DNA from: Bacilli bacterium
GTDB taxonomy: Bacteria > Bacillota_I > Bacilli_A > JBKEDG01
Direction: 5' to 3'
DNA length: 64,000 bases
NCBI GenBank assembly: GCA_047973085.1
Contig: JBKEBI010000070.1
Span: 1,338-65,337 of the forward strand
Shown: positions 32,401-44,100 of the stretch, in pieces
Layout of the letters: every line of letters begins with the position of its first letter
How positions within the stretch are numbered: position 1 is the stretch's first letter
The notes under the pieces: generated by a model
Told to the model about the DNA's origin: nothing
Databases searched by the model: none
What the model saw: the letters and a program-made list of their open reading frames with translations, nothing else
Position numbers and translations under genes: made by a program

Positions 32401-33821
32401 TACCCTATACTCCCTTCCATTTCAATTTTAATCAATTGATTTAACTCAACTGCATACTCCATTGGTAACTCTCTTGAAAATGGTTCAATAAACCCCATTA
32501 CAATCATTTCTGTAGCTTCTTCCTCGCTAAGACCTCTACTCATTAAATAAAATAACTGATCTTCACTAACCTTAGAAACGGTTGCTTCATGTTGAATAGT
32601 AGAAGAATCATTTCTTACAATATTTGTTGGAATAGTATCACTTTTACTAAGAGCATCTATTATAATAGTATCACATTCAATATTGGAAGTAGCGCCAATT
32701 GCTTTACTACCGTGACTAACAATTCCACGATACGTAACATTTCCACCTCCTTTTGAAATTGATTTAGAAATTATTGAAGATTTCGTATTTTTTCCCAAAT
32801 GAATCATTTTTGCTCCTGCATCTTGCACTTGATTATTCGAAGCAATTGCAATAGAAATAGTTGTTCCTTTAGAACTGTCTCCTTGCAAAACACAAGCTGG
32901 ATATTTCATTGTAACTGCACTTCCAATATTTCCATCTATCCATTCCATGCTAGCATTCTCCATGCATTTTGCACGTTTGGTAACTAAATTATAAATATTA
33001 TTAGACCAATTTTGAATAGTTGAATAACGACATTTACCATCTTTTAAAATAACAATTTCAACAACAGCAGCGTGTAAACTTGCACTTGAGTATGTAGGTG
33101 CAGTACAACCTTCTACATAATGTACATCTGCTCCTTCATCAACAATAATCAAAGTTCTCTCAAACTGCCCCATATTTTCAGAATTAATTCTAAAATATGA
33201 TTGTAAAGGTCTTTCTAATTTTGCTCCCTTAGGCACATAAATAAAAGTTCCCCCACTCCATACAGCTCCATTTAAAGCTGCAAATTTATTATCTGTATAT
33301 GAAACAACTGTATTAAAATATTTTTTAAAAATCTCTGGATATTCTCTTAATGCAGAATCTGTATCTAAAAAAACAATTCCCTCTTTAGATAATTCATCCA
33401 TCATATTATGATATACAACTTCACTTTCAAATTGAGTATGTACTCCAGATAAATATTTTTGCTCAGCCTCAGGAATCCCAAGTTTATCAAATGTCTCCTT
33501 AATTTCTTCAGGAACTTCATTCCAATCACTAGCATTATTACCACCTGGTTTTACATAATACGTAATTTCATCAAAATCAATAGCACTTAAATCATCTGCT
33601 CCCCATGTTGGAAGCTCCATTTCTAAATATTTCTTATAAGCATTCAATCTAAATTCAAGCATCCATTCTGGCTCATTTTTTAAACTTGAAATTTTTCTTA
33701 CAACTTCTTCATTAAGTCCTTTTCCAGTATCAAATGCATTTTTTGTTTCCGTAACAAAACCGTACTGATATTCACCACTGATTACATCAAAATCATTTTT
33801 ATTCATCACTATCCTCCTCAA
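32400..33821 (-). CDS. sufB: Fe-S cluster assembly protein SufB
   Basis: 473 aa with the conserved SufB C-terminal beta-helix region. Confidence 0.95.
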   Translation of the reverse strand: MRRIVMNKNDFDVISGEYQYGFVTETKNAFDTGKGLNEEVVRKISSLKNEPEWMLEFRLNAYKKYLEMELPTWGADDLSAIDFDEITYYVKPGGNNASDWNEVPEEIKETFDKLGIPEAEQKYLSGVHTQFESEVVYHNMMDELSKEGIVFLDTDSALREYPEIFKKYFNTVVSYTDNKFAALNGAVWSGGTFIYVPKGAKLERPLQSYFRINSENMGQFERTLIIVDEGADVHYVEGCTAPTYSSASLHAAVVEIVILKDGKCRYSTIQNWSNNIYNLVTKRAKCMENASMEWIDGNIGSAVTMKYPACVLQGDSSKGTTISIAIASNNQVQDAGAKMIHLGKNTKSSIISKSISKGGGNVTYRGIVSHGSKAIGATSNIECDTIIIDALSKSDTIPTNIVRNDSSTIQHEATVSKVSEDQLFYLMSRGLSEEEATEMIVMGFIEPFSRELPMEYAVELNQLIKIEMEGSIG

Positions 33822-34242
33822 GAATCTTTATGGCACCCTCCCAAGGTAATAATGCACATTTAATACGATTTGGTTGCATATAAATTGTTTGAAAAACATT
33901 TGCTTCCTCAAGAATTTCTTTGTCGTATTCTTTTTCAAAAATCATATTATTATAATTATCAATAATATCCTTAGCGTCTGCTATTGATTTCCCTATTAGA
34001 AGTTTACTCATAATAGAAGCTGCTGCAGTAGAAATAGTACATGCTTCTCCATCAAAACGAATATCTTCAATAACTCCGTTTTCAATTCTAGCTTGCACGT
34101 AAATATCATCCACACAACTTTCACTATCCATATGAACTTTTTTATATGAATCGTCCTCAACTAACCCCCGGTTAGAAGGCTTCTTGTAATTTTCTAAAAT
34201 AATTTGTCGTTGAAAAGATGTATCATCAAATATATCAGTCAT
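33799..34242 (-). CDS. sufU: SUF-type Fe-S scaffold/sulfurtransferase SufU (copy 1)
   Basis: [19 protein letters not shown] and C-terminal CALLPWEGA Cys ligands. Confidence 0.85.
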   Translation of the reverse strand: MTDIFDDTSFQRQIILENYKKPSNRGLVEDDSYKKVHMDSESCVDDIYVQARIENGVIEDIRFDGEACTISTAAASIMSKLLIGKSIADAKDIIDNYNNMIFEKEYDKEILEEANVFQTIYMQPNRIKCALLPWEGAIKILEEDSDE

Positions 34243-34254
34243 TTTATCACCCCT

Positions 34255-35496
34255 TTACAATATTAATGCACTTTGACTATTGCATTTACTTACAGCATCC
34301 ACAAAGAAGTCAATCTCCTCTTTCGTATTGTAAAAACCAAAGGAAGCACGACATGTAACTCTCACATCCAAAGCATTGTTAAGTAACTTTGCACAATGAT
34401 CCCCTACACGTACTGCAATACCAAATGTATTCAAATACGACGCAACATCCTGTGGAAAAACCCTTTCATCTCCATCATAAACATTAAAAATCACTACACT
34501 ATTTTCACTATGTTCATTATATATTTTTATATTTGGTAGTTCTTTTAATTTTAACAGTGCATACTTTTTTAACCCTTTTTCGTATTCATTGATGTTATCC
34601 ATACCAATATTACTTAAGTAATTGATTGCTGCTCCCATTCCAAGCACTCCTGCAATATTTTGTGTTCCTGCCTCAAACACTGTAGGAACATTTTTATAGC
34701 TTACGCATAAATTATTATCAAATCTAGCATTCATCCCTCCGCCTTGATTATACGGTGCCATTTTCTCAAGTAATTCATACCTTCCATATAAAACTCCAAT
34801 TCCTGTTGGACCACACATTTTATGTGCTGAGTAAACATAAAAGTCACAATCTAGTTCTCTTACATCTACTTTTTTGTGTGGTATGGCTTGCGCACCATCA
34901 ATCATTGTATATATGCCATTTTCTTTAGCGTATTTACAAATACTTACAACATCACGTGTGTCAGCAACTGTGTTTGTAACATGTGCACATGCTATAAGTT
35001 TTGTATTTTGAGTTACCACTTTTTTTATATTTTCTAAAGTTAGTTCATTATGTTCATTTAAAGGACAAAATACTATTTTAAGCCCTAATCTATCTGCTAA
35101 ACTATACCATGGTAATATATTACTTGCATGCTCTGCATAATTTAATATTATTTCATCTCCTGTACTTAAGTGACTTTCAAAAAAACTTCTTGCAACTAAG
35201 TTTACTCCCTCAGTTGTTCCAGCAGTGAAAACCACCTCATTTTTATCACAATTAATGAAATTTGCCGTATCCTTACGCACATTTTCATATTTAACATCTA
35301 CTTTATGACTTAGCTCATAATCTCCACGATGACTATTTGCACTTAGCTTTGCATAATAATTTACTATTTCTTCTATTACTACACTCGGTCTCAATGACGT
35401 TGCTGAACTATCAAAATATACTAATTGCTTCCCTGCCATCTTCTCTTTTAAAATAGGAAAATCTTCTCTTACTTTATAAACATCAAAATTTGACAT
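34255..35496 (-). CDS. sufS: Cysteine desulfurase SufS
   Basis: Class V aminotransferase with the SAHKMCGPTGIG lysine motif and RASFGFYNTKEEID. Confidence 0.95.
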   Translation of the reverse strand: MSNFDVYKVREDFPILKEKMAGKQLVYFDSSATSLRPSVVIEEIVNYYAKLSANSHRGDYELSHKVDVKYENVRKDTANFINCDKNEVVFTAGTTEGVNLVARSFFESHLSTGDEIILNYAEHASNILPWYSLADRLGLKIVFCPLNEHNELTLENIKKVVTQNTKLIACAHVTNTVADTRDVVSICKYAKENGIYTMIDGAQAIPHKKVDVRELDCDFYVYSAHKMCGPTGIGVLYGRYELLEKMAPYNQGGGMNARFDNNLCVSYKNVPTVFEAGTQNIAGVLGMGAAINYLSNIGMDNINEYEKGLKKYALLKLKELPNIKIYNEHSENSVVIFNVYDGDERVFPQDVASYLNTFGIAVRVGDHCAKLLNNALDVRVTCRASFGFYNTKEEIDFFVDAVSKCNSQSALIL

Positions 35497-35888
35497 TATA
35501 TCACCTCCTTAAGAAGTTTTTCTGCTGCTTCCCATGGCAATAACGCACATGGCACTCTACTAGGTTGTGAGTGAATATTCTTAAAGACATTTGCTTCTTC
35601 AAGTAAATCGCTATCATATTCTTTTTGCTGTACCATATTATTATAATTATCAATTATAAATTTCACTTCTTCCACCGTTTTACCCATAAATAATTTTGTC
35701 ATAATTGAAGCAGTAGCAGTTGAAATGGTACAAGCTTCTCCATCAAAGCGAATATCTTCAATAATTTCATCTTTAATTTTAATTTGTACATAAATATCAT
35801 CAATACAACTTTCATAATCCATATGAATTTGCATATATGTATCATCATCTACTAAACCTCTATTACTAGGTTTTTTATAATTTTCCAA
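35496..35888 (-). CDS. SufU paralog (copy 2), non-ATG (TTG) start
   Basis: 130 aa, strongly similar to copy 1 over its whole length. Similarity continues upstream of the annotated start (…ELFDDVSYQQEIIL) but is cut by an in-frame TGA. Confidence 0.75.
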   Translation of the reverse strand: MENYKKPSNRGLVDDDTYMQIHMDYESCIDDIYVQIKIKDEIIEDIRFDGEACTISTATASIMTKLFMGKTVEEVKFIIDNYNNMVQQKEYDSDLLEEANVFKNIHSQPSRVPCALLPWEAAEKLLKEVI

Positions 35889-36104
35889 AATAATTTCTTG
35901 CTGATATGATACATCATCAAATAATTCCTTCAGAACTCCCGGTTCTGTAATGTCTTGTCAAAGACCTGTTTTACATGCTGTTTTTTCCATCTTCTTCTCC
36001 CAAATATTATATTATATATTTTTGTTACTCGTATATTATAACACAATATTTTTAATTTTTATAATTACTGTAAAAAAAACAATATAAAAATTATAAAAAT
36101 CTAT

Positions 36105-36968
36105 TTAAACATGTAAAACATTTTGAATTTCTTCTATTACTAAATCTTTCATATTTTCTTCACTAATATTAGTAGTTACACTAAGTAAAAATCCATTTAT
36201 TAAAAGTACAAGACACTGCTCATAGCTTAATCCACGTGACTGCATATAATACAATTCATCTTCATTAATCTGACCTACTGCAGCAGCATGGCTTGCTTCA
36301 ACATCATACTCATCAATCAACAAAACTGGATCACACTCAGCTATCGCATTTTCACCTAAAACAATTGCTTTAGTATCTTGGTGACACTTACTTAAACTAC
36401 AACCCTTTTCAATAAAACCTGTAGTATTATTTACATACTTTCCACCACTTAAAATTACACTTCTACTTATTGCAGTACTACTAGTAACTTTATTTAAATG
36501 CTTAGTATTAATAGTAAACTCACTCTTTGTATCATTTAAATTTACGCATGCTGTTTTTAAATTATATTCAGCGTATTCTCCATTTAAACTAGTATCAAAT
36601 TTATTGACTCCATATTTACTTAAATTAATAAAGAACATGTTATATAATGCATTACTTGCAACTGTACTAGTGAATTTATTATTATTACTATTTTTTTGTA
36701 TATAAATCATTTCAAAATTAGCATGATTTTTTACATTGATTTCATAACATAACTCTGCCTCTGTAAAATTAAATGTTACAAAAACTTTAGCTTTAACATT
36801 ATCCTCAACATTAATTTTCATATTATCAAATTTATCTTCAACATTTAAAAACAATGTTTGACTATTAGTTAAATTTACTTCTAAACACTCACTAAAACTT
36901 ATACTATCATTACTAAACCCTTTAACTACACTAAGACTATTCATTAACAAACAAATCCTTTGTTGCAC
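36105..36968 (-). CDS. sufD: Fe-S cluster assembly protein SufD (short form)
   Basis: The C-terminus SHAAAVGQINEDELYYMQSRGLSYEQC matches the conserved SufB/SufD C-terminus. It is adjacent to sufC. Confidence 0.75.
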   Translation of the reverse strand: MQQRICLLMNSLSVVKGFSNDSISFSECLEVNLTNSQTLFLNVEDKFDNMKINVEDNVKAKVFVTFNFTEAELCYEINVKNHANFEMIYIQKNSNNNKFTSTVASNALYNMFFINLSKYGVNKFDTSLNGEYAEYNLKTACVNLNDTKSEFTINTKHLNKVTSSTAISRSVILSGGKYVNNTTGFIEKGCSLSKCHQDTKAIVLGENAIAECDPVLLIDEYDVEASHAAAVGQINEDELYYMQSRGLSYEQCLVLLINGFLLSVTTNISEENMKDLVIEEIQNVLHV

Positions 36969-37767
36969 AACTTCCTATCGAAATGCGTTGATTTGATTTT
37001 TCATCTTTAATTCCTAGTTCTTTTTTTATCCAGTCATATCCTTCATTTTCAACTTTTAAAGCAAGTTTACTATCTCCAGACATAACAATTTTTCCATTTA
37101 ACATAATATGTACAAAATCAGGTTTAATATAATCAAGAAGTCTTTGATAGTGAGTAATAACTAAAAATCCAATATCTTCACTGCGTTCTTTAGCCATTGA
37201 CATAACGTTTTCACCAACGATTTTTAAAGCATCAACATCAAGTCCAGAATCTATTTCATCAAGAATTGCAATTTTAGGTTCTAAAAGTTTCATTTGTAAA
37301 ATTTCATTACGTTTCTTTTCTCCACCACTAAACCCTTCATTTAAGAATCTGTGTGCTAAATCGCTATTCATCTTTAAATCATCAACAGCATTTTCCATCT
37401 TTTTTATAAAAGTGTAAAGACTTGTGTTTTCTTCAGACTTAGCGTTTAAAGCTGCTCTCAAAAAATCAGAATTGGTAATTCCACTAATTTCTTGAGGATA
37501 TTGCATTGCTAAAAATATTCCTTTTCTAGCACGTTCATCTACGCTCATCTCTATAATAGATTCATCATTTAGTATTATACTTCCGTCTGTAACCTCATAT
37601 TTAGGATGCCCCATAACAACAGAAGAAAGTGTAGACTTTCCTGTTCCATTAGGCCCCATTACTGCATGAATTTCACCTGCATTAATTTCTAAATCTATTC
37701 CTTTTAAAATTTCTTTATCATCTATCTTGGCACACAAGTTGTTTATTTTAAATTTAACATTGGACAC
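36937..37767 (-). CDS. sufC: Fe-S cluster assembly ATPase SufC
   Basis: ABC ATPase with GPNGTGKST; 276 aa. Confidence 0.95.
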   Translation of the reverse strand: MSNVKFKINNLCAKIDDKEILKGIDLEINAGEIHAVMGPNGTGKSTLSSVVMGHPKYEVTDGSIILNDESIIEMSVDERARKGIFLAMQYPQEISGITNSDFLRAALNAKSEENTSLYTFIKKMENAVDDLKMNSDLAHRFLNEGFSGGEKKRNEILQMKLLEPKIAILDEIDSGLDVDALKIVGENVMSMAKERSEDIGFLVITHYQRLLDYIKPDFVHIMLNGKIVMSGDSKLALKVENEGYDWIKKELGIKDEKSNQRISIGSCATKDLFVNE

Positions 37768-37908
37768 AAATATCCCTCCTCTACAAAATATATTTTATCA
37801 GATTTCCATATGATTTAAAAGTATTGTACACCTTTTTGCATTTTTTTTTATAAAATTGTATTGAGATAACTCAATTAAAGTGGTAATATATATTGTGAGG
37901 TGAAATTT

Positions 37909-38946
37909 ATGAATCAAAAACGAAAAAATATTATACTAGTGTTAGTAGCTTTAGTTGTTACTAATTTAATTACACATTATGCTTCAAGTGGGCAAGATTC
38001 AAGACTGGGGAAAAAGACTACTGTTGTGATTGCTAGTGTTGACGGAAAAGAATTTACATCAAATGATATCTATAACTCTTGGAAAAGTGATGGACAAAGT
38101 TCTACTACTATCAATTCATTAATTAATTCTGTTGATAGTTATATTTTAAATGATAAATATGAAGATAGTGAAGAAATTGCAGAAGAACTAGATACTCAAG
38201 TAAAACAAGCAAAAGCTTATTATGAAGATCAGGGACAAGACTTTGATGAATTACTTAGTCAAAGTGGTATGACTGAAGATTCTTGGGAAGAAATGTTAAA
38301 ACTTCAAATACAAACTCAAAAAGAAACTCAAAGCTATGTAGAAAGTATTGTAACAAAAGACCAAGTTCAAGAAGCATATGATGCTGATGAGGTAAAAGTT
38401 AGAACTAGTCAAATTTTATTTAAAGTGGAAGTTAGTGAAGACACAGCTGTAGCTGATGTTGAAGCAGAAGCAAAAGCAAAAGCTGATGATGTTTATAAAT
38501 TGCTGACAGAGGAAATGGAAAACAGCGAAGATAAGCAAGCAACTTTTGCAAAATATGCAAAAGAATATTCAGAGGATGTCGACTCAAAAGAAAATGGTGG
38601 AGATGTAGGATTTTCAAATAGTGAAGACAGCGCTTATCAAGAAGCAATAAAAGATCTTGAAATAGATGAATACACAGAGGTTGTTAAAACTTCATACGGA
38701 TATGCTATCATTATGAAAACAGATGTTCAAGAAAAGAAAAGTTTAGATGATGAAGCTGTATATGAAAAATATCAAACTCAAGTGGCTGAGCAAATGATTG
38801 AAGAAAATTCAAGTTATTCTCAACTAGCATTAATAGAACTAAGAAGTTCATATGGACTTAAATTTAAAGATACTGATTTAGGTGAGCAATACAGTACAAT
38901 TGTAGAGCAAACTAACGCTCAGTTTGAAACTACAGAAACTGAGTAA
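37909..38946 (+). CDS. prsA: Parvulin-type peptidyl-prolyl isomerase / foldase (PrsA-like), membrane anchored
   Basis: N-terminal TM anchor, a long acidic chaperone region, and a parvulin core (SQILFKV ... GGDVGFS ... GYAIIMK). ATG at 37909 preceded by a GAGGTGA SD. Confidence 0.7.
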   Translation: MNQKRKNIILVLVALVVTNLITHYASSGQDSRLGKKTTVVIASVDGKEFTSNDIYNSWKSDGQSSTTINSLINSVDSYILNDKYEDSEEIAEELDTQVKQAKAYYEDQGQDFDELLSQSGMTEDSWEEMLKLQIQTQKETQSYVESIVTKDQVQEAYDADEVKVRTSQILFKVEVSEDTAVADVEAEAKAKADDVYKLLTEEMENSEDKQATFAKYAKEYSEDVDSKENGGDVGFSNSEDSAYQEAIKDLEIDEYTEVVKTSYGYAIIMKTDVQEKKSLDDEAVYEKYQTQVAEQMIEENSSYSQLALIELRSSYGLKFKDTDLGEQYSTIVEQTNAQFETTETE

Positions 38947-38963
38947 ATAAATACCTTATACTA

Positions 38964-39003
38964 AAAATACCTCATTATTTAAAGAATAATGAGGTATTTT
39001 TTT
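38964..39003. terminator. Bidirectional rho-independent terminator between prsA and metG
   Basis: Perfect 14-15 bp stem aaatacctcattat / ataatgaggtattt around the loop aaaga, with T-runs in both orientations. Confidence 0.8.
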
Positions 39004-40873
39004 AATATACTACAGCACCACTTTTAGCAATACTTTCCAAAATATTTAATTCATCATCTAACTCTGCTGATAAAATCATCCCTTCACTTAATTCCCCTCT
39101 CAATTTGACAGGTTTTAAATTTGCAACGATAACTACGTTTTTCCCCACCAATTCTTGAGGATTATAAAATTGTGCTATTCCACTACAAATTTGTCTTGTT
39201 TCATTTCCTACTTTTAGTTTAAATAATAATAACTTATCAGCATTTGGATGTTGTATACACTCAACTACTTCCGCCACTCTTAATTCAATTTTATCAAAAT
39301 CGTCAATTGTAATTTCTGCTTTCTTATTTTCATCTACATTACTCATTTTTTCAAGCTCCTCTTCTATATTTAATCTTTGATATATAATACTTGGTTTATT
39401 AACCAAAAATTTATTATCTTTTTCCAAAGTGACTCTCCTATAGTTAGAATTAGAATCAAATTGAAATTGTTTATCTATTTCTATGGAAGTCTCATTGATA
39501 AATGGTTTTACTAAAATTGAAACATTTCTTAAACTTTCCACAAGATTGTATAAAACGTTCATTAATTTATCCTTATCTTCTTTTACTAGTACCCAAGGCA
39601 TTGTTTCATCAACAAATTTATTACATCTAGAAATAAACTTCCATACAGCTTGAAGCGCTCGTTTAGTGTCATATCCCTCCATTGAATTATGATACTCATC
39701 TAAAACTTCATTAAACACTTTCCACAAATCAGCTTCTACATCGATCTTAATACTCTCATCATATGTAATTTCTGAGTCAAAGTATTTAAAACACATACTA
39801 GCAGTACGGTTTACAAGGTTACTTAAATCATTTACTAAATCATAATTATATCTTTCTATAAATCTTTCTAAAGTAAAGCTTCCATCATTTCCATTTGCAA
39901 GCTCAGTTAATAAATAATATCTGACAGGATCTACTCCATATACTTCAGTGTAATCTTTTGGATAAACAACATTTCCAAGTGATTTACTCATCTTGTCATC
40001 ACCCATCATAATAAAACCATGTGTCATAATGCTATCTGGTAATTTTTCATTTAATGCCATTAACATAATTGGCCAATATATCGCATGAAATCTAATAATA
40101 TCTTTTCCAACAATATGTAAAACTTCTCCATTATTCCAATATTTTTCATACAAATCATTATTAGGATAATTTAGAGCAGAAATATAATTTGATAATGCAT
40201 CAATCCAAACATATATAATGTGTTTAGGATTACTTGGAACCTTAATTCCCCACTCAAAGCTAGTTCGAGTTACACTTAAATCTTCAAGACCGTTAGATAA
40301 AAATGATAAAATTTCATTCCTTCTTGATTCAGGCATAATAAAATTCTTATTTTCATTGATGTGCTTTATCAATCTCTCTTCATACTTTTTTAAATTTAAA
40401 AAATAGCTTTCTTCACTAATTAATTCCGTAGTTCTACCACAATCTGGGCATTTTCCATCTTTTAGCTGTGAATCTGTATAAAAGGATTCACATCCTATAC
40501 AATAATTACCATTATAAGTTGAAAGATAAATATCCCCATTATTTAAAAGTTTTTCAAATATTTTTTGTACTACTTCTTTATGCTCTACATCAGTTGTGCG
40601 AACAAAATAATCATTGCTAATTTGCAAATGCTCAAATAAACTTTTAGCTTCATTAGATAATGTATCTACATGTTTTTGAGGTTCAATATTTAATTGCTTT
40701 GCCGTTTCTTCAATTTTTTTCCCATGCTCATCCATTCCAGTCATAAAGAAAACATCATTTTCTTTTAACCTATTATACCTTGCTATTGCATCAGCATAAA
40801 TAATCTCATATGCACTTCCTATATGCAAACTACTATTTGAATAAAAAATTGCTGTAGAAATAAACTTATTCAT
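39002..40873 (-). CDS. metG: Methionine--tRNA ligase with C-terminal tRNA-binding (EMAP) domain
   Basis: 623 aa with the HIGS-like and KMSKS motifs. Confidence 0.95.
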   Translation of the reverse strand: MNKFISTAIFYSNSSLHIGSAYEIIYADAIARYNRLKENDVFFMTGMDEHGKKIEETAKQLNIEPQKHVDTLSNEAKSLFEHLQISNDYFVRTTDVEHKEVVQKIFEKLLNNGDIYLSTYNGNYCIGCESFYTDSQLKDGKCPDCGRTTELISEESYFLNLKKYEERLIKHINENKNFIMPESRRNEILSFLSNGLEDLSVTRTSFEWGIKVPSNPKHIIYVWIDALSNYISALNYPNNDLYEKYWNNGEVLHIVGKDIIRFHAIYWPIMLMALNEKLPDSIMTHGFIMMGDDKMSKSLGNVVYPKDYTEVYGVDPVRYYLLTELANGNDGSFTLERFIERYNYDLVNDLSNLVNRTASMCFKYFDSEITYDESIKIDVEADLWKVFNEVLDEYHNSMEGYDTKRALQAVWKFISRCNKFVDETMPWVLVKEDKDKLMNVLYNLVESLRNVSILVKPFINETSIEIDKQFQFDSNSNYRRVTLEKDNKFLVNKPSIIYQRLNIEEELEKMSNVDENKKAEITIDDFDKIELRVAEVVECIQHPNADKLLLFKLKVGNETRQICSGIAQFYNPQELVGKNVVIVANLKPVKLRGELSEGMILSAELDDELNILESIAKSGAVVY

Positions 40874-40887
40874 AATTTCCTCCTAAT

Positions 40888-41105
40888 AAAAAAATCCTTA
40901 AATTAATAAGGACGAAAATTCGCGGTACCACCTTAATTTACATAAAATCTAATTTATGCATCTCAAATCTTTAACGCAGATATACGCATGAACTTACATA
41001 TCAACCCATGTACTCCAAAGCCATTTTCATTATACTACTTTCATTTGTTTTCACCAAGCACAAACTCTCTGGGCAAAGCACATATAACTACTCTCTTCTT
41101 CAACG
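40888..41105 (-). promoter_or_regulatory. T-box riboswitch leader of metG (Met-specific), with its own promoter
   Basis: Minus strand carries the conserved T-box sequence AAGGTGGTACCGCG (plus-strand cgcggtaccacc at 40921-40932). There is an AGAGAG GA-motif near the 5' end (Stem I), AUG triplets in Stem I, and a hairpin plus U-run just before the SD. The upstream promoter has -35 TTGAAA, a 17-bp spacer and -10 TAAAAT at about 41113-41141. Confidence 0.6.
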
Positions 41106-41148
41106 TATTCTAATTTTAACATATAAATATCACAATTTCAATATTTTA

Positions 41149-44100
41149 CTATTTACAATTAATTTTTTTAGTAACTATTATAGCTTCATCATTTACCACA
41201 TCAAACATCATTTTATCAATTATTCTAGTTCGTTTAAAATTATATTCAAATTTTTCAGTATTTGTAATTATAATTCTATTTTTTATCTCACTTAAAACTT
41301 TACTATTTACATCTCTGTAATAAAAACTTTTATAAAAATTACCCGAAACAAAATCATCATATATAAGAACTACATCACTTACACAAACCTTAGAAAAATC
41401 TCTTAAATATAAATAATTATCTTCCTTTGAAATAGCAAATTTTTTTTTAGATGGTTTTAAGTGTGATAAATAATTTTTAAATTCGACAACATCATTTCCA
41501 TATAAACATATACCTTCTCCTATCAAAAAATCTGTTTTACTCTGTTTTTTATAAAATAAAGTAAAGAGTTCCCCAGGATCGCTAACAGATAACATAAATT
41601 TATTATCAAATATCTTTATTAATCTAGATAACCTTCCTGATATGCCTAACGCAGTAATTATAATTCTTATATTGTCATATCGTCTGTAGCCACACTCTTC
41701 AATAAAACTTAGTAATAGTTCTGAGGTAAATAATTCAAAACCGTCTATAATGAAGTATGTATTTACTTTCAAAGTTTTTGCATAACTAATAAATATTTCA
41801 ATTTGAGTATCAGTATCAACATAAATATCCACTTTATTTATAAAACTATCATCTTTCCCAAAATATATTATACATCCATCAAATTTACTTATAATAGTTT
41901 TGATAAGCTCACTTTTCCCACTTTGCATTTTTCCTATAATAAGATAATTATCATGTGAAATTTCATATTCTGTAAAGTTTTTTCTATCACTAAAGTTAAG
42001 TAAAACTTTATTTGATTCTTCAACTGGAAAACTTTTCCATATAACATAATCTGTTTTTTGATACTTTAGATTTAAATTAAAAATGTTGTCATTAAGAATT
42101 GTAGTACTGAATTCATCAGCTCCATTTATTACAACATTACTTTTTTTAAAGTCAAGGCAATTGAATACCTTAATGTACGTATTATAATTATTGACAGACA
42201 CAATTGCCTCGCCAGAAAAACTAAAATATGCAGCTTCTTTACTACCAATAACCTCGATGCTGTCTTGAACTGAATTTACTTTTAAACATATCTTATAATT
42301 AATATTACTCTTTAACTGCTCTGTCAATATTCCTGAAGATTTTTGTAAAGATAATATTAAAAAAATACCTAAACTTCTTCCTACTCTTGCTATTGATTCA
42401 ATTTCTTCTATAATATTTCCTAGATTTTTTTTAACTTCAGCAAATTCATCAATTATAATGAACAACCTTGGCAATTTAAAATGATTATTGATTTCATTGT
42501 ACTCACTAATTCCATACTTACTAAAAAGCTTTTGACGATATATCAATTCACTTTTAATAGAAGCAAGAACATTTTCATAATTTCCACTTAAATTTGAAAA
42601 CACTGAAGCAATATGTGCAAGGGATATGACCTTTGAAATCAACGAATCTCCTTTAAAATCAATTATCCCAATTACTGCTTCTTCGGGTGTATAATGTAGT
42701 GCAATTTCCATAATTATCTGCAGTAGTAAAACACTCTTCCCACTTCCTGTCATTCCAACTATTAATCCATGTGGGCCTTTATTTTCTATATCTAATACGT
42801 AATTTTCACTTAATCTTATTCCAAACTTAATAAAATTAATTTTTTTACTACTATTAAAAATTATTTTTTTCTCGTAAATATATAAAATTCTTGAATTCAA
42901 AGTAATATAACTATATAAATAGAAAACCCCCGTTTTAGTTATAAATCTATTTCTAAATAAATTATTTACTTCAAGTATATCATCTGTCATATCTTTAACA
43001 TCTAAATAAATTACCTTGTTATCATTCATGAAATTACTTAAGTTTATATTAACATTACAAACAATAATACATCCCTTAAAATTTTTATAAAAAGAAAAAT
43101 TATTCATACTGTAATATTCAGCATTTACTATAAAATCATAACGACTAAAATTTCCTATAAAAATTATTCTTTGGTAAAAATCACAATTTATTATTGATAA
43201 TAATAAATTATGTAAAAACAATGTAGCATATTTGCCCACAAAAGTAATTTGCTTCAAATAAATTTTAAAATGAAAACTTCCCAACTCTTTAACTTTTTGT
43301 GTAAAATGGATTTTCAAATTTTTCTCAGTAATTCTTGCATTAACATTAATTGGTTTTAATATATAGCCAATGCACATATTTTTTTGTTTAATTAGTTTAA
43401 ATTCAGTTATTAAATAATTTTTACGTAAATCTTTTTTTATTATTAAAAATAGCTTATTGAGAGCTAAATCAAAATTTTGCTGAACAAATCTATTATAGTA
43501 TTCAACTTTCCTCTTTTGTTTAAAATACATTACTAAAGAGGCACTAACAGTTGAAATACTGCTAGCTAACATAAAAATAATCATGCTACTTCTTCTTGTA
43601 AAAAAAGAGAGTAAAATCATTACTACCACCATTATTACGGGAGGAATAATATATCTTGAAATATTTTCTTGAAACAATTGAAGCGTATCATTGTAGTTAA
43701 ATTCATAATCAAACTTACTTTCATAATCTTTTTTGATTGTATCTAATTCATTATATATAAAATAAGAATTTCCTTTATATTTTCCTTTTTGATTTAAGAA
43801 AACTAAGTTTTGATCAATAATAAACTTATAAACTCCCGTACAAATACTTAGAGATCCATTAAAATAAAATTCCCCTTGTTCATAAAATTTGTTTTCTACA
43901 TAAACTGGAGAGGTAAATTTAATATATTTTTTCTCTAAATTTATTTCTACATCGGATGTTGTAAGAATAATTTCATTAAGTTTAAACTTCTCTTTTTTAA
44001 TACAAATCCTATTTCCAATACATCCAATTACATAAAAAAATAAGTATTTTTCAATATAGTAAAGTTTATTTAATTTAAAATTATTTTCAAAAATAAAATT

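Noticed and set aside
35889-35996. Possibility that the TGA upstream of sufU copy 2 indicates genetic code 4 (TGA=Trp) or a selenoprotein
   Set aside because: Trp is encoded by TGG throughout (rpoC, rpoB and others), and dozens of long ORFs terminate at TGA. No SECIS-like context was found. More likely a decayed N-terminal extension.
41008-41295. 95-aa plus-strand ORF between metG and essC
   Set aside because: It overlaps the T-box leader and promoter and the 3' end of essC. The translation is low-complexity. Better explained as non-coding leader.
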